A DNA stretch of 64,000 nt from a virus (Duplodnaviria > Caudoviricetes): the IMG/VR virus record IMGVR_UViG_2585427681_000002, positions 1,362 to 65,361 of that record. One strand, given 5' to 3'. A program made the position numbers and the translations under genes. This document shows, piece by piece, positions 34,004 through 44,339 of this stretch. The notes under the pieces are model-generated. The model saw only the letters and a program-made list of their open reading frames with translations, was not told where the DNA came from and did no database searches. Within the stretch, counting starts at the first letter, position 1; every line of letters begins with the position of its first letter.

Positions 34004-34795
34004 ATGAAACTGAAACTCGACGACCAAGGCCATGCAGTGCTTCAAGACGGCAAGCCTGTCTACATCTACGACGACGGCAAAGAGTTGCCTTTCGATGCGG
34101 CCGGAACCGCCGGGACCATCTCCCGCCTGAACGGCGAGGCCAAGTCCCACCGCGAGCGTGCCGAAGCTGCCGAGGGCAAGCTGAAGCTGTTCGATGGGAT
34201 CGAGGATGGTGAAGCGGCCCGTAAGGCGCTGGAGACCATCAAGAACATCGACGAAGGCAAGCTCATCGCCGCCGGCAAGGTCGAAGAGATCAAGCTCGCC
34301 GCTCAGAAGGCCGCTCAGGACCAGGTGGCTGCTGCCAGCAAGACGCACACCGAAGAGCTCGCCAAGGCTCAGCAAGGCCTGGCCCAGCGCGACCAGACCA
34401 TCCACAACCTGCTGATCGGCGGCTCGTTCAAGGGCTCGAAGCTGATCAGCGAGAAGTTCGCCATCCCCGCCGACATGGTCGAATCCCACTTCGGTAAGGC
34501 CTTCAAGGTCGAGGAAGGCAAGGTCGTGGCCTACGGCGACGACGGCAACAAGATCTTCTCCAGGGTTCGCGCCGGTGAGCTCGCAGACTTCGACGAGGCG
34601 CTGGAAACCCTCGTCGAGCGCTATCCCCATAAGGACTACATCCTGAAGAGCTCGGGAGCCAACGGTGGCGGCGCCCCGAACGGCGGTGGCGGTGGCAGCG
34701 GTGGCAAGAAGTCGGTAACCCGCCAGCAATTCGACCAGCTGAGCCCGGCCGAGAAGTCCTCCTTCGTAAGCACGGGCGGCACCGTCACCGAGTGA
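34004..34795 (+). CDS. Capsid scaffolding protein
   Basis: Coiled coil, Gly-rich linker, short C-terminal helix; precedes the capsid gene. Confidence 0.85.
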   Translation: MKLKLDDQGHAVLQDGKPVYIYDDGKELPFDAAGTAGTISRLNGEAKSHRERAEAAEGKLKLFDGIEDGEAARKALETIKNIDEGKLIAAGKVEEIKLAAQKAAQDQVAAASKTHTEELAKAQQGLAQRDQTIHNLLIGGSFKGSKLISEKFAIPADMVESHFGKAFKVEEGKVVAYGDDGNKIFSRVRAGELADFDEALETLVERYPHKDYILKSSGANGGGAPNGGGGGSGGKKSVTRQQFDQLSPAEKSSFVSTGGTVTE

Positions 34796-34843
34796 CGGCC
34801 GGACAACAATCTCTGCCGCACCCCTGGACAGGGGGCGGCGCTT

Positions 34844-34857
34844 GGGTCGGATGACCC
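34844..34857 (+). promoter_or_regulatory. Fourth C-GGAT-G hairpin, before the capsid gene
   Basis: GGGTC-GGAT-GACCC. Confidence 0.6.
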
Positions 34858-34897
34858 GCATTCACAACACCCAAACGCCGATCCCTAGGAGATGCAC

Positions 34898-36052
34898 ATG
34901 AGCAACACCCTGACTGGCCTGGTGCCAACCATCTACAACGCCCTCGACGTCGTCTCGCGCGAACTGGTGGGCTTCATCCCGGCCGTGTCTTCGGACATGA
35001 CCTTCGCGCGTGCCGCTGTCGGTCAGACCGTCACTTCGCCGGTTACCAACGGTGCGGTCGCGACCGATATCACTCCGGGTGTCACTTCGCCCAACGATGG
35101 CGACCAGCAAGTCGGCGGCGTGTCGTTGACCATCAACAAGGCTCGCCGTGTTCCCATCCGTTGGAACGGCGAAGAGAAGCTGGGCCTGGATAATAACGGC
35201 GCCTCGTTCAACGTCATCCTGCGGGATCAGATGGCCCAGGGCATGCGCACCCTGGTCAACGAGGTCGAGGCCGACCTGGCCGCAGTGGCCATCAACGCCT
35301 CTCGCGCTTACGGCACCCCCGGAACCACGCCGTTTGCCAGCAACCTGGCCGATAGCGCCCAACTGCGTCGCATCCTCTCTGACAACGGAGCGCCCCTCGG
35401 CGACCTACAGATGGTGATCGACACCTCCGCCGGCGCAAACATGCGAACCCTGACCCAGTTGTCGAAGGCGAACGAAGCCAACGACGACAGCCTGCTGCGC
35501 CGCGGCGTGCTGCTGGATGTCCATGGCTTCGCGATTCGCGAGTCGGCCCAGATCAAAACCCCGATCATCGGCAGTGCTGCCGCCGCGACCACCAACACCG
35601 CAGGCTATGCCGTTGGCGCTACCGCCATCGTTCTGGCATCGGCTGGTACCGGTGGCGTTCTGGCGGGCGACATCATCACTTTCGCTGGCGACAGCAACAA
35701 ATACGTCGTTGCTGCTGGTGATACCGATGTTTCCAACGGCGGCACCATCACCCTGGCCGCGCCAGGCCTGCGCAAGGCCATCCCGGCCGCGGCGACCGCG
35801 GTCACCGTTGTGTCCGCCAGTACGCGCAGCGCCGCGTTCGCCCGTTCGGCCATCGCGCTGGCTACCCGTGCACCGGCTCTTCCGCCGCAGGGTGACTCGG
35901 CGATCGACCGCATGCTGGTCACTGACCCGATCAGCGGCCTGACCTTCGAGGTGGCGATGTACGCGCAGTACCGGCAGATGCAGTACGAGGTGTCGCTGGC
36001 CTGGGGCACCAAGGCGGTCAAGAGCGAACACATCGTCAGCCTGCTGGGCTGA
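34898..36052 (+). CDS. Major capsid protein (P22-coat-like)
   Basis: Position, size, C-terminal YRQMQYEVSLAWG. Confidence 0.88.
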   Translation: MSNTLTGLVPTIYNALDVVSRELVGFIPAVSSDMTFARAAVGQTVTSPVTNGAVATDITPGVTSPNDGDQQVGGVSLTINKARRVPIRWNGEEKLGLDNNGASFNVILRDQMAQGMRTLVNEVEADLAAVAINASRAYGTPGTTPFASNLADSAQLRRILSDNGAPLGDLQMVIDTSAGANMRTLTQLSKANEANDDSLLRRGVLLDVHGFAIRESAQIKTPIIGSAAAATTNTAGYAVGATAIVLASAGTGGVLAGDIITFAGDSNKYVVAAGDTDVSNGGTITLAAPGLRKAIPAAATAVTVVSASTRSAAFARSAIALATRAPALPPQGDSAIDRMLVTDPISGLTFEVAMYAQYRQMQYEVSLAWGTKAVKSEHIVSLLG

Positions 36053-36105
36053 CCCCACCATCAGGTCGGCGCTTCGGCGCCGGTCATTGCAGAAGGAGCA
36101 AGGCC

Positions 36106-36432
36106 ATGAGCGACAAAACGCTGAAGGTGAAACCTTGGGGTAAAGACCAGGGCGACTTCGTTGTCATCGATGCGGGAGCCTACGACGAGAGCATTCACAC
36201 CCTTTTCGAGGCGGCGGCAGTCAAGGAAGGCTCCGTGGCCGACATCAAAGCCAAGCTGGACGCCCTCGGCATCGAGTACAAGGCGGGGGCCTCGAAGTCG
36301 CAGTTGGAAGCCCTGCTGGAACAGGCCGCCGCAGTGGCCGACGTTCAGGCCAAGCTGACTGAAAAGGGTATCCAGTTCGAGCCAGGCGCTACGCTGGAAG
36401 GCCTGCAGAAGTTGCTGGCCGAGGCGCAGTAA
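36106..36432 (+). CDS. Small head protein with HeH/LEM-like repeats
   Basis: IKAKLDALGIEY and VQAKLTEKGIQF repeats. Confidence 0.75.
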   Translation: MSDKTLKVKPWGKDQGDFVVIDAGAYDESIHTLFEAAAVKEGSVADIKAKLDALGIEYKAGASKSQLEALLEQAAAVADVQAKLTEKGIQFEPGATLEGLQKLLAEAQ

Positions 36433-36800
36433 TGACGGCCTACATCAGCATCGAGCAGGTGGATGACCTGCTGGGGGGCGGTTGGGCGTCTCAGGATCAG
36501 AAGTCCCGCTCGGTGCTGATGGCCAACACCTGGCTCACCAACCTGAAGCTGCCGGAGTTCGATTCGGTGCCGGCCAATGTCGTACAGGCAGGAGCCGAGG
36601 TCGCCAAGGAGGCCGCTGCCGGCAACCTCTACCAGGCCAAGGAAACGGGCGTGCTGAGCAAGTCGGTCGGTGCCGACGGGGTATCCACCAGCAAGACCTA
36701 CTCGGCCACTTCCCGGGCTATCAGCGCTGGAGAGTCGTTCGCCTTGGCCTTGCTGGCGCCGTACCTCGGTACCGGCCAGGTCAAGGTCGTGAGGGGGTGA
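36432..36800 (+). CDS. Head-tail adaptor
   Basis: Position and size. Confidence 0.7.
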   Translation: MTAYISIEQVDDLLGGGWASQDQKSRSVLMANTWLTNLKLPEFDSVPANVVQAGAEVAKEAAAGNLYQAKETGVLSKSVGADGVSTSKTYSATSRAISAGESFALALLAPYLGTGQVKVVRG

Positions 36801-36801
36801 T

Positions 36802-37179
36802 ATGGGTATTCGCAGCGAGCTGCAGGCTGAGCTGGCCCGCGCATTCGACACCGACCTGGCCGAAGCACTCAGGCGCGTCGAGGGTAGCCGATCCGTGCAA
36901 GGCGCCTACGACCCTGAGCTGGGCGGCAGCACATCGACCACCGTTCACTACCTGGGTCGCGGTGTCTTCGGGCAGTACAAGAGCAGGGAGGTCGACGGCA
37001 CTCGCATCCTTGCCTCTGACGTGCGCCTCAAGGTGTTGCAGAACGAGCTACTCATGGAGGAGGGCGCCAATGCAACACCTGCCGTTCCAGCCATCGGCGA
37101 CCAGATCAGCGGCTACCGGGTCATCAACGTCGGCCAGGACCCCGCCAAGGCCACCTGGACCATCCAACTGAGGAAGTGA
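36802..37179 (+). CDS. Head closure protein
   Basis: Position; YRVINVGQDPA..W.IQLR. Confidence 0.7.
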   Translation: MGIRSELQAELARAFDTDLAEALRRVEGSRSVQGAYDPELGGSTSTTVHYLGRGVFGQYKSREVDGTRILASDVRLKVLQNELLMEEGANATPAVPAIGDQISGYRVINVGQDPAKATWTIQLRK

Positions 37180-37181
37180 TC

Positions 37182-37853
37182 ATGCCACGCGGCTCACACA
37201 TGACCAGGCGCTACGGCGGCCTGGAGGGCAGCTTTGCTGCTGCAATCGAGCAGTTCGCAGAAGCGGCGAAGGAGACGATGGACCTGACCTTTCGCGAGGT
37301 CGTCATCATGGTGGGCCGCAAGCTGGTGACCATGTCGCCGGTCGGCAACCCTGATATCTGGAAGGTCAACGTCGAGGCCCAGGGCAGCGCAGCGGGGCAG
37401 ATCGCTGCGTACAACGCGAAGGCAGAGGCCATCAATGCCAGCATCACTTCGAACCAGGCCAACTACACCAAGAGCGGTAACCTGAAGGGCGGTTTGCGGT
37501 TGCGCAAGCCGCTGACCAAGCGCGAGCAGCGCGAAAACTTCGGGTTTGGTGTTCGCAAGGTTGGCCAGGGTTATGTAGGCGGGCGTTTCCGCAGCAACTG
37601 GCAACTCACGACCGGCGTGCCGGCTGCTGGCGAGATCGAGGACATCGAGACCGCCGGCGAGACACTCGACCGGATCATCGTGGCGGCTGGCGACCTCACT
37701 GCCGGCGAGGTCGCCTACATCGTCAACAACCTGCCATACGCCATTCCTTTGGAGTATGGCCATAGTTCCCAAGCGCCGGCGGGCATGGTGCGAGTCACCG
37801 TCGCGGACTTTCAGCGCATTGTCGAAGACGCCATCAGGACTCATCGGACATGA
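37182..37853 (+). CDS. Neck protein (HK97 gp10-like)
   Basis: GRFRSNW; NNLPYAIPLEYGHSSQAPAGMVR. Confidence 0.8.
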   Translation: MPRGSHMTRRYGGLEGSFAAAIEQFAEAAKETMDLTFREVVIMVGRKLVTMSPVGNPDIWKVNVEAQGSAAGQIAAYNAKAEAINASITSNQANYTKSGNLKGGLRLRKPLTKREQRENFGFGVRKVGQGYVGGRFRSNWQLTTGVPAAGEIEDIETAGETLDRIIVAAGDLTAGEVAYIVNNLPYAIPLEYGHSSQAPAGMVRVTVADFQRIVEDAIRTHRT

Positions 37854-38278
37854 GTCAAGCACGAGCCCGACAGGCCATCGAGATCAAGCTCATGGCCTGG
37901 GCCTCGGCACGCCCGATCCGAGTGGCGAACTTCGAGCAGGGTTTCGAAGCGCAGCCCGGTGAAACTTACCTGCAGGCCTTCCAACTCCCTGCGGGCACCA
38001 CCTGCCGGTACCTGGGCGGCGAAGCCTACGAGTACGCCGGCGTGTACCAGGTCAGCATCATCTGTCCCGCAGGCCAGGCGCTGGCGGCTGCCGAAGCTCT
38101 GGTCGAAGACCTTTCGGACCTGTTCCGGGTCGACTCGCCCCTCAGTCGCAACGGCTTCGACGGCATCGTCACGGACCCACTCGAGCAGGGGCCAACCATC
38201 ACCGAGTCGGCGACCTACACGGTCCCCGCCAGCTTCACATACCGCGGCATCGCGGACCAACCGCCCGCTGGGGCATAA
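37850..38278 (+). CDS. Tail terminator
   Basis: Position; GVYQVSI. Confidence 0.75.
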   Translation: MSQARARQAIEIKLMAWASARPIRVANFEQGFEAQPGETYLQAFQLPAGTTCRYLGGEAYEYAGVYQVSIICPAGQALAAAEALVEDLSDLFRVDSPLSRNGFDGIVTDPLEQGPTITESATYTVPASFTYRGIADQPPAGA

Positions 38279-38317
38279 CCAACCGCCGCTCGGCGGGCAA
38301 CAATGAGGAATCACTCC

Positions 38318-38977
38318 ATGGCTGCAAAATTCCCGCTGCCGAACGGCTCTGTGCTGGAGATCGCCGCGGCGCTCAGCGCGGCTGTCGCCTTCACGGCACT
38401 GACCAACGCCGCGCCACCGGTTGCCACCGCTGCCGGCCACGAAATCGAGAACGGTGACATCCTGCTGGTGAGCTCCGGTTGGGCACTGATCGCGGACCGT
38501 GCTGTTCGCGCATCGAATGTTGCTGCCGGCGCCTTTTCCTTGGGTGGACTCAACACCACCAATACCGACAAGTTCACTCCCGGCGCCGGCCTGGGTTCCG
38601 TCCTGCCGGTGTCGTCCTGGGCGCAGATCTCCAAGGTCACTTCCTTCGCATCCTCGGGTGGCGAGCAGCAGTACCTGACCGTCGGCTACCTGGAAGACGA
38701 TGACGACCGTCAGTTCCCCACCAACCGCAACCCGATCACCCTGTCGATCACGGTCGAGGATCAGCCGAGCGCCGCCTACGTGGCTCTGGTCGAGGGCTAC
38801 GGCGACAGCAAAGAGCTGACGGTGGTGCGTCTCAAGCTGCCCGGCGGCGATCAGATCCTGTACCCGGGGTATGTGAGTATCACCAGCACCCCGACCATGG
38901 AGCGCAACCAGCTCATGACCCGAACCATCAGCATCGCCCTGTCGGGCCGCCCCGTCCGCTACATGGCCGGTGCGTAA
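38318..38977 (+). CDS. Major tail tube protein
   Basis: Position; SSGGEQQY. Confidence 0.85.
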   Translation: MAAKFPLPNGSVLEIAAALSAAVAFTALTNAAPPVATAAGHEIENGDILLVSSGWALIADRAVRASNVAAGAFSLGGLNTTNTDKFTPGAGLGSVLPVSSWAQISKVTSFASSGGEQQYLTVGYLEDDDDRQFPTNRNPITLSITVEDQPSAAYVALVEGYGDSKELTVVRLKLPGGDQILYPGYVSITSTPTMERNQLMTRTISIALSGRPVRYMAGA

Positions 38978-38986
38978 GGAGTCTTC

Positions 38987-39370
38987 ATGGCGAAGATCAA
39001 GATCGCGCAGAACCCCACCTTCACGACTCTGGTGCAGGTGCCGCGCATCGGCGCCGAGCCGGCTCCCGTGGAGTTCCAGTTCCGCTACATGGACCGTGTG
39101 ACCCTGGCCGGCATGTTCGACCGCTGGAACAAGGCGCGCGATGCCTGGGCGGAGGCAGCCAAGAATGACGGTGCTACCTGGGAGGAGGTGACCGCTGGTG
39201 AAATCGCCCTGCAGGCCGAGCAGCTGGGTGAAATTGTCACCGGCTGGGATCTGGAGGACGAGTTCAGCCAGGAAGCAATTGTCGACCTGGTGAGTACCTG
39301 CACCGGCGCTCCGAAGGCAGTGATCGATGCCTTCCAGTCAGCGTACAGCCCGGCCCGCCTGGGAAACTGA
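38987..39370 (+). CDS. Tail assembly chaperone (G-like)
   Basis: Between tube and tape measure genes; ends in G-GGA-AAC-TGA. Confidence 0.85.
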   Translation: MAKIKIAQNPTFTTLVQVPRIGAEPAPVEFQFRYMDRVTLAGMFDRWNKARDAWAEAAKNDGATWEEVTAGEIALQAEQLGEIVTGWDLEDEFSQEAIVDLVSTCTGAPKAVIDAFQSAYSPARLGN

Positions 39371-39684
39371 GGACGGCGGCCAGGGCCTGCTACGAGCGAG
39401 GCCCGTCCGCCGAGCAACTGGCAGCTCTGGGCCTGACCCCGGACGACATCGAGGAGGAAGAGGTAGAGGTCTGGCCTGACGCCTGGCCCGCCTTCCGCCT
39501 GTTCGATGCCATGGGTACCCAGTGGCGTCTGGGACCCGGCGGTCCTTCGGGCCTCGACTACACCGCCATTCCCTCCACAGCTGCAATGCTCGGCATCAAG
39601 CGCCGCGACCTCACTGACATTTTCCCCGATCTCCGCGTGATGGAGGTCGAGGCCCTGGCCGTCATGGCCGAATCCTTGGAGTAG
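39361..39684 (+). CDS. Tail chaperone T-like segment reached by -1 frameshift at GGGAAAC (39361-39367)
   Basis: X-XXY-YYZ heptamer in the correct phase; -1 frame open to TAG at 39682-39684 (TQWR...GLDY). Confidence 0.85.
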   Translation, partial: GKLRTAARACYERGPSAEQLAALGLTPDDIEEEEVEVWPDAWPAFRLFDAMGTQWRLGPGGPSGLDYTAIPSTAAMLGIKRRDLTDIFPDLRVMEVEALAVMAESLE

Positions 39685-39687
39685 ATC

Positions 39688-42600
39688 ATGACCACCATTG
39701 CCTCTCTCGGCCTGCAGATCGATTCCGGTGACGCCGTCGAGGCCAAGGACAACCTCGATCAACTGACTGACGCTGGCAAGCGCAGCGAAGAGTCAGCGGG
39801 CAAGACGGGGAGGGCCTGGGAGTCTGCATTGGGCAGTCTGCAGGGTGACACCCGGCAGATCGTGCAGGAATTGCAGGTGCTCAACGCCAAGCAATCTGAG
39901 CTCGCGCAGCAGATGGCTACCGTGGGGCGTGCGGTCACCAGCGCCTCCACGGCCTTCAGCAGCGCCGCGGCCAACATGACGGCCTTCCGGACCGAAGCTG
40001 CGCAGGCGGGAAAGGTTCAGGAGGTGCTCACCTCTGCGACTGACGCTGGCGCCCAAGCCGGACGGCGGGCTGCGGAGTCCGCCGACGAGCAACAGGCCAG
40101 GATTCTGGCGGTGGCAAGGGCTTCGATGGAAGCCAGCGAGTATGTCCAGACGCTGAACCGGGCAACGGCCCAGACGGCAGAGGTGACCGCTCAGGCGAAC
40201 GCTGTCCTTTCAGACAACGCCAGCCGTCAGGCCGCTATCAACAGCCGTGCGCAGGCCATCATTGCAACAGAAGACCGCCTGGCAGATGCCGCGAGGAAGA
40301 CGGCCGGCGCGCATAGGGACGAAGGTCAGGCGCTGGATGAGTTACTGGGCAAGATCGATCCAACCGTCGCTGCGATGAGCCGACTGGACCAAATGGAGCA
40401 GAAGCTGAAGGGCTTTCGCTCCAGCGGGGCGCTCGATGCGGAGACGTTCGGCGAGTACCAGGCGAAGATCGACCAGGCTCGCACAGCCCTGGGTGGCGCC
40501 GATACCGCGCTGAACAGGACTGGGATGACGGCCAAGCAAACCGCTGCAGCCCTGCGCATGGTCCCGATGCAGTTCACAGACATCGTGACATCCATCGCAG
40601 GCGGCCAGCCTCTGATGATGGTGGCCATTCAACAAGGCGGTCAGTTGAAAGATTCCCTTGGTGGCATCGGGCCGGCCGCCCGAGCATTGGGTGGCTATGT
40701 GGCTGGGCTGGTGACCCCGCTGACTGCCGCAGGAGCCGCACTTGCCGCTCTGGGTCTTGCGTACTATCAAGGAAGTAAGGAGCAAGATGCGTTTCGTCAG
40801 AGTCTGGTGACGACAGGAAATGCGGCGGGTGCCACGACCTCTGGTCTGGCCACAATGGCGAAACAGGTTGGCTCGACCGTGGGCACCACGGGAGCAGCTG
40901 CCGCTGTTCTAGCTCAGCTCGCAGGAACCGGAAAAATTGTCAGCTCCAGCTTTGAGCAGATCGCGATTGCCGCCCTCTCGTTCGAGAAGGCGACAGGAAG
41001 GGCTGCGTCAGAAACTGTGGCTGAATTTGCGAAACTTGCAGATGATCCCGTTAAGGCAGTAGTTGCCCTTAACGAAAAATATCATTTTTTGACCTCGGCC
41101 GTTTTCAGTCAGATTCATGCACTTCAAGAGCAAGGAGACACCCTTGGGGCTCAGCAAATTGCCGAGGGTGCATATGCAGATGCCCTGACGAAGCGCGCCG
41201 AAGAGATACAGCGTAATTTGGGGTATGTAGAACGCGCCTGGGACTCTGCTAAGGGTGCGGCTAAGGGGGCCTGGGATGCATTTCTCGACATCGGTCGAGA
41301 GGATGCCTTTGAGGACAAGCTCCGTCGGCTTGAGCAGCGAGCGAACATTGGTGCTGGCGGCCTGGGGGGCGGGCTGCTGTCCGGTTTTGAGGCTGCGCAG
41401 GGCAGCAGAGCAGAGATTGGCAAAGAGTGGACAGCGGTTCTTCAGCAGGAGGTTGATGACCAAGCCAGGGCGCGAGCCGCCATGTTCGAGGCGAGTGCAG
41501 TTGAGAGGGGTACGAAGGCCTATCAGGCTCTGCAGAAGGCGATCGAAAGCACCGCTCCGAAGTCTGAAATACTGAAGAAGGCCCTCGAAGACAATAAACG
41601 CGAAGTTGCCGAGGCGCGCCGCGCTGGCTATACGATCACTGCTGAGCAGGAAGCTGCTCTGGAGGCGCAGACCAAGGCAAAGTTCAAGCCTGCTGCTGGA
41701 CGAGCTTCTGCGGTTAACCTCTCCGGGTTCAACGACCAGAAGAACGCACTGAACGCGATCCTGGCCGAGTACAAGAACCACCAGAAGGAACTGGACGCGG
41801 CGCAGAAGGCAGGCTTGATCTCCCAGGAGTCGTACGCCGCCCAGCGTATCGCAATGGCCGAGCAGGAGAAGGCCGAGGTCACCAACGCCTACGAGGCCGA
41901 GATCAGGGCGCTGGAAGAAGCCAAGGGCCGGAGCAGCACCAGCGCCCAGCAGCGCATTCAGCTCGACCAGAAGATTGCCGACGCACGATCCGCCATGGTC
42001 AAGGCACAGAAGGACTCCGATACCGAACTCTCCGTGCTGGCGACCAATGAACAGGGCAGGCTGGCCAAGCAGACCGCTGCTACCCAGGACTACGTGGATC
42101 AGTTGGAGCGGCAGCGTGCTGCGCTTTCGACCTCGGGCACGAGGACTGCGAACGCTATCGGCCTTGGAGATCGTCAGCAAGGCTTGCAGCGCGATCTTGA
42201 TGGCGTCACCGACCGGTTCAATGACGAGCGAGCAAAGCTTCTCGATCGCCGCCGCACCGCGCCGGATAAGTACAGCCAGAACGATTACGAGCGCGACCTG
42301 GTCATCTTGGGCAAGGCAGAGGATAAGTACCGAGATACGGTCGTGGACAACTATGACAAGATTTCGGAGGCCCAGGGCGACTGGCGCAAGGGTGCATCGT
42401 CAGCTTTCCAGAATTACCTGGAGCAGGCTCGGGATGTGGCCGGGCAAACCAAAAGCCTGTTCACCAATGCGTTCTCCAGCATGGAGGATGCGGTCGTGAA
42501 CTTCGCCATGACTGGCAAGTTCTCCTTCGCCGATTTCACCAAGTCGATCATTGCTGACATGGCGCGGATCGCGACAAGGCAAGCGGCCTCGGGATTGCTG

Positions 42601-43152
42601 TCCAGTATCGCTGGCACTGCGCTGGGCGCCTGGTTCGGAGGAGGAGGCACCGCAGCCTCGACGGGCGCATCAGGGGCCGCCGGTGCTGCTGGGTCGGGCG
42701 GGTTTGACTACGGGCTGGGTAGCGCTTCATCCGGCATGACTTACACCCCGACGTTTTCGGATGGCGGCTACACCGGTGAGGGCGGCAAGTATGACCCGGC
42801 CGGTATCGTCCATGCCGGCGAGTTCGTGCTTCGCCGGGAAGTTGTGAGCCAGCCGGGCATGCTGGACTACCTCGAAACATTGAACAGCCGTGGTTATTCC
42901 GACGGTGGTCTTGTGACGTCACTGCCGATACCGCGGCAGATTTCGAGCGCGTCCACGAGCGGCACTTCCATCCAGGTGAGCGCATCGGTCAGCGTCAACA
43001 CTCAGGACACCAGCGGGCAGGGCGGCGAGCTCAATCCAGCACTCCTGCAGCAAAACATGCAGAAGCAGATGCAAGCCGCGGCCGAAAGAGCTGTGGCTGA
43101 CTCGTGGCGCCCAGGCGGTGTCAGCTATCGCAACGTGAATCGGAGGGGCTGA
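39688..43152 (+). CDS. Tape measure protein
   Basis: 1154 aa, Ala-rich; QFTDIVTS...IQQGGQLKD. Confidence 0.95.
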   Translation: MTTIASLGLQIDSGDAVEAKDNLDQLTDAGKRSEESAGKTGRAWESALGSLQGDTRQIVQELQVLNAKQSELAQQMATVGRAVTSASTAFSSAAANMTAFRTEAAQAGKVQEVLTSATDAGAQAGRRAAESADEQQARILAVARASMEASEYVQTLNRATAQTAEVTAQANAVLSDNASRQAAINSRAQAIIATEDRLADAARKTAGAHRDEGQALDELLGKIDPTVAAMSRLDQMEQKLKGFRSSGALDAETFGEYQAKIDQARTALGGADTALNRTGMTAKQTAAALRMVPMQFTDIVTSIAGGQPLMMVAIQQGGQLKDSLGGIGPAARALGGYVAGLVTPLTAAGAALAALGLAYYQGSKEQDAFRQSLVTTGNAAGATTSGLATMAKQVGSTVGTTGAAAAVLAQLAGTGKIVSSSFEQIAIAALSFEKATGRAASETVAEFAKLADDPVKAVVALNEKYHFLTSAVFSQIHALQEQGDTLGAQQIAEGAYADALTKRAEEIQRNLGYVERAWDSAKGAAKGAWDAFLDIGREDAFEDKLRRLEQRANIGAGGLGGGLLSGFEAAQGSRAEIGKEWTAVLQQEVDDQARARAAMFEASAVERGTKAYQALQKAIESTAPKSEILKKALEDNKREVAEARRAGYTITAEQEAALEAQTKAKFKPAAGRASAVNLSGFNDQKNALNAILAEYKNHQKELDAAQKAGLISQESYAAQRIAMAEQEKAEVTNAYEAEIRALEEAKGRSSTSAQQRIQLDQKIADARSAMVKAQKDSDTELSVLATNEQGRLAKQTAATQDYVDQLERQRAALSTSGTRTANAIGLGDRQQGLQRDLDGVTDRFNDERAKLLDRRRTAPDKYSQNDYERDLVILGKAEDKYRDTVVDNYDKISEAQGDWRKGASSAFQNYLEQARDVAGQTKSLFTNAFSSMEDAVVNFAMTGKFSFADFTKSIIADMARIATRQAASGLLSSIAGTALGAWFGGGGTAASTGASGAAGAAGSGGFDYGLGSASSGMTYTPTFSDGGYTGEGGKYDPAGIVHAGEFVLRREVVSQPGMLDYLETLNSRGYSDGGLVTSLPIPRQISSASTSGTSIQVSASVSVNTQDTSGQGGELNPALLQQNMQKQMQAAAERAVADSWRPGGVSYRNVNRRG

Positions 43153-43490
43153 TGGCGATCGAGACATTCCGTTGGCCGACCTCCAGAGGCGAGACGCCGG
43201 ATATCAAGTACCGGGTGCTCGAATCGCGGTTCGGTGGCGGGTACCGGCAGGTGGTCGGCGACGGCCCCAACAACAAGGAGGACAGCTATCCGGTCACCGT
43301 GAACGGGACAAAGGCTGTGGTGCGCCAGGTCATAGACTTTCTCGACCGGCACGCCGGTGCCAAGGCCTTCCTCTGGACAACCCCGCTCGGCGACCTGGGG
43401 CTGTTCACCTGCACCGATCCCAAGCCCACACCAGTGGGCGGAGGGCGGTTCAAGGTGACCGCCACCTTCCAGCGGGCGAACCACCCGTAA
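43152..43490 (+). CDS. Distal tail protein (lambda M-like)
   Basis: FGGGYRQ...FLDRHAGAKAFLWTTP. Confidence 0.88.
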   Translation: MAIETFRWPTSRGETPDIKYRVLESRFGGGYRQVVGDGPNNKEDSYPVTVNGTKAVVRQVIDFLDRHAGAKAFLWTTPLGDLGLFTCTDPKPTPVGGGRFKVTATFQRANHP

Positions 43491-43499
43491 GGACCATCC

Positions 43500-44249
43500 A
43501 TGTCATTCATTCGAGACATCCAGCTCTTGGAGCCAGGTAGCGAGGTGCTGCTGTTCGAACTCGACGGTTCGGACTTCGGTGCCGATGTGCTGCGGTTCCA
43601 CGGGCACTCCATCCCGCACACGCCCGAAGAGCTGGCGGCGGCCGGCGCTGACGCCGATCAACTGCCGGCAAAGTCGATCTGGTGGCAGGGCGAGGAGTAC
43701 AGCGCCTGGCCCATGCAGATCGATGGCATCAGCGTGAACTCCGACGGCACTGCAGTGCGGCCCACGCTGTCGGTGGGCAATGTCAATGGCCGCATCACTG
43801 CTCTGTGCTTGGCGTTCGATGATCTGTTGGAGTTCCAACTGACATTCCGCCACACGCTGAAGCGGTACCTCGATGCCGCCAATTTTCCCGGTGGTAACCC
43901 AGAGGCCGACCCGAACGAGGAGAGCATCGAGGTCTGGTTCATCGACCAGAAGGTCTCCGAGAACGGCACGCATGTGGCCTGGGAGCTAGCCAGTCCCGGC
44001 GACGTCGGCGGCGAGACGATCGGACGGCAGATGACCCAACTCTGCCACTGGGCCATGACCAATGGCTATCGCGGGCCAAATTGCGGCTACACCGGACCGT
44101 ACTACGACATGGACGGCAACCCGACCGACGATCCTGCGAAAGATCAATGCAATGGCTGTCTGGACTCGGGCTGCGTTGTGCGGTTTGGTGAGGGAAACCC
44201 AAATAGCTTCGGTGGGTTCCCAGCCGTCTCCCTTATCGCCAGGTCGTAG
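43500..44249 (+). CDS. Tail tip protein (lambda L-like)
   Basis: C-terminal Cys cluster; FGGFP. Confidence 0.9.
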   Translation: MSFIRDIQLLEPGSEVLLFELDGSDFGADVLRFHGHSIPHTPEELAAAGADADQLPAKSIWWQGEEYSAWPMQIDGISVNSDGTAVRPTLSVGNVNGRITALCLAFDDLLEFQLTFRHTLKRYLDAANFPGGNPEADPNEESIEVWFIDQKVSENGTHVAWELASPGDVGGETIGRQMTQLCHWAMTNGYRGPNCGYTGPYYDMDGNPTDDPAKDQCNGCLDSGCVVRFGEGNPNSFGGFPAVSLIARS

Positions 44250-44260
44250 TAGAGTTACCA

Positions 44261-44324
44261 AGCGGCTAGGGTAGCTCCCGAAAAGTCGGACCCTAACCGA
44301 CCTGCCGCTCCTTCCGATTAGGGT
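44261..44324 (+). promoter_or_regulatory. Structured leader upstream of the HNH gene
   Basis: AGCGGC/GCCGCT stem; GTCGG-ACCCTAA-CCGAC hairpin whose loop complements TAGGGT (44267) and TTAGGGT (44318). Confidence 0.5.
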
Positions 44325-44339
44325 TCGTACTGTAGGGGT

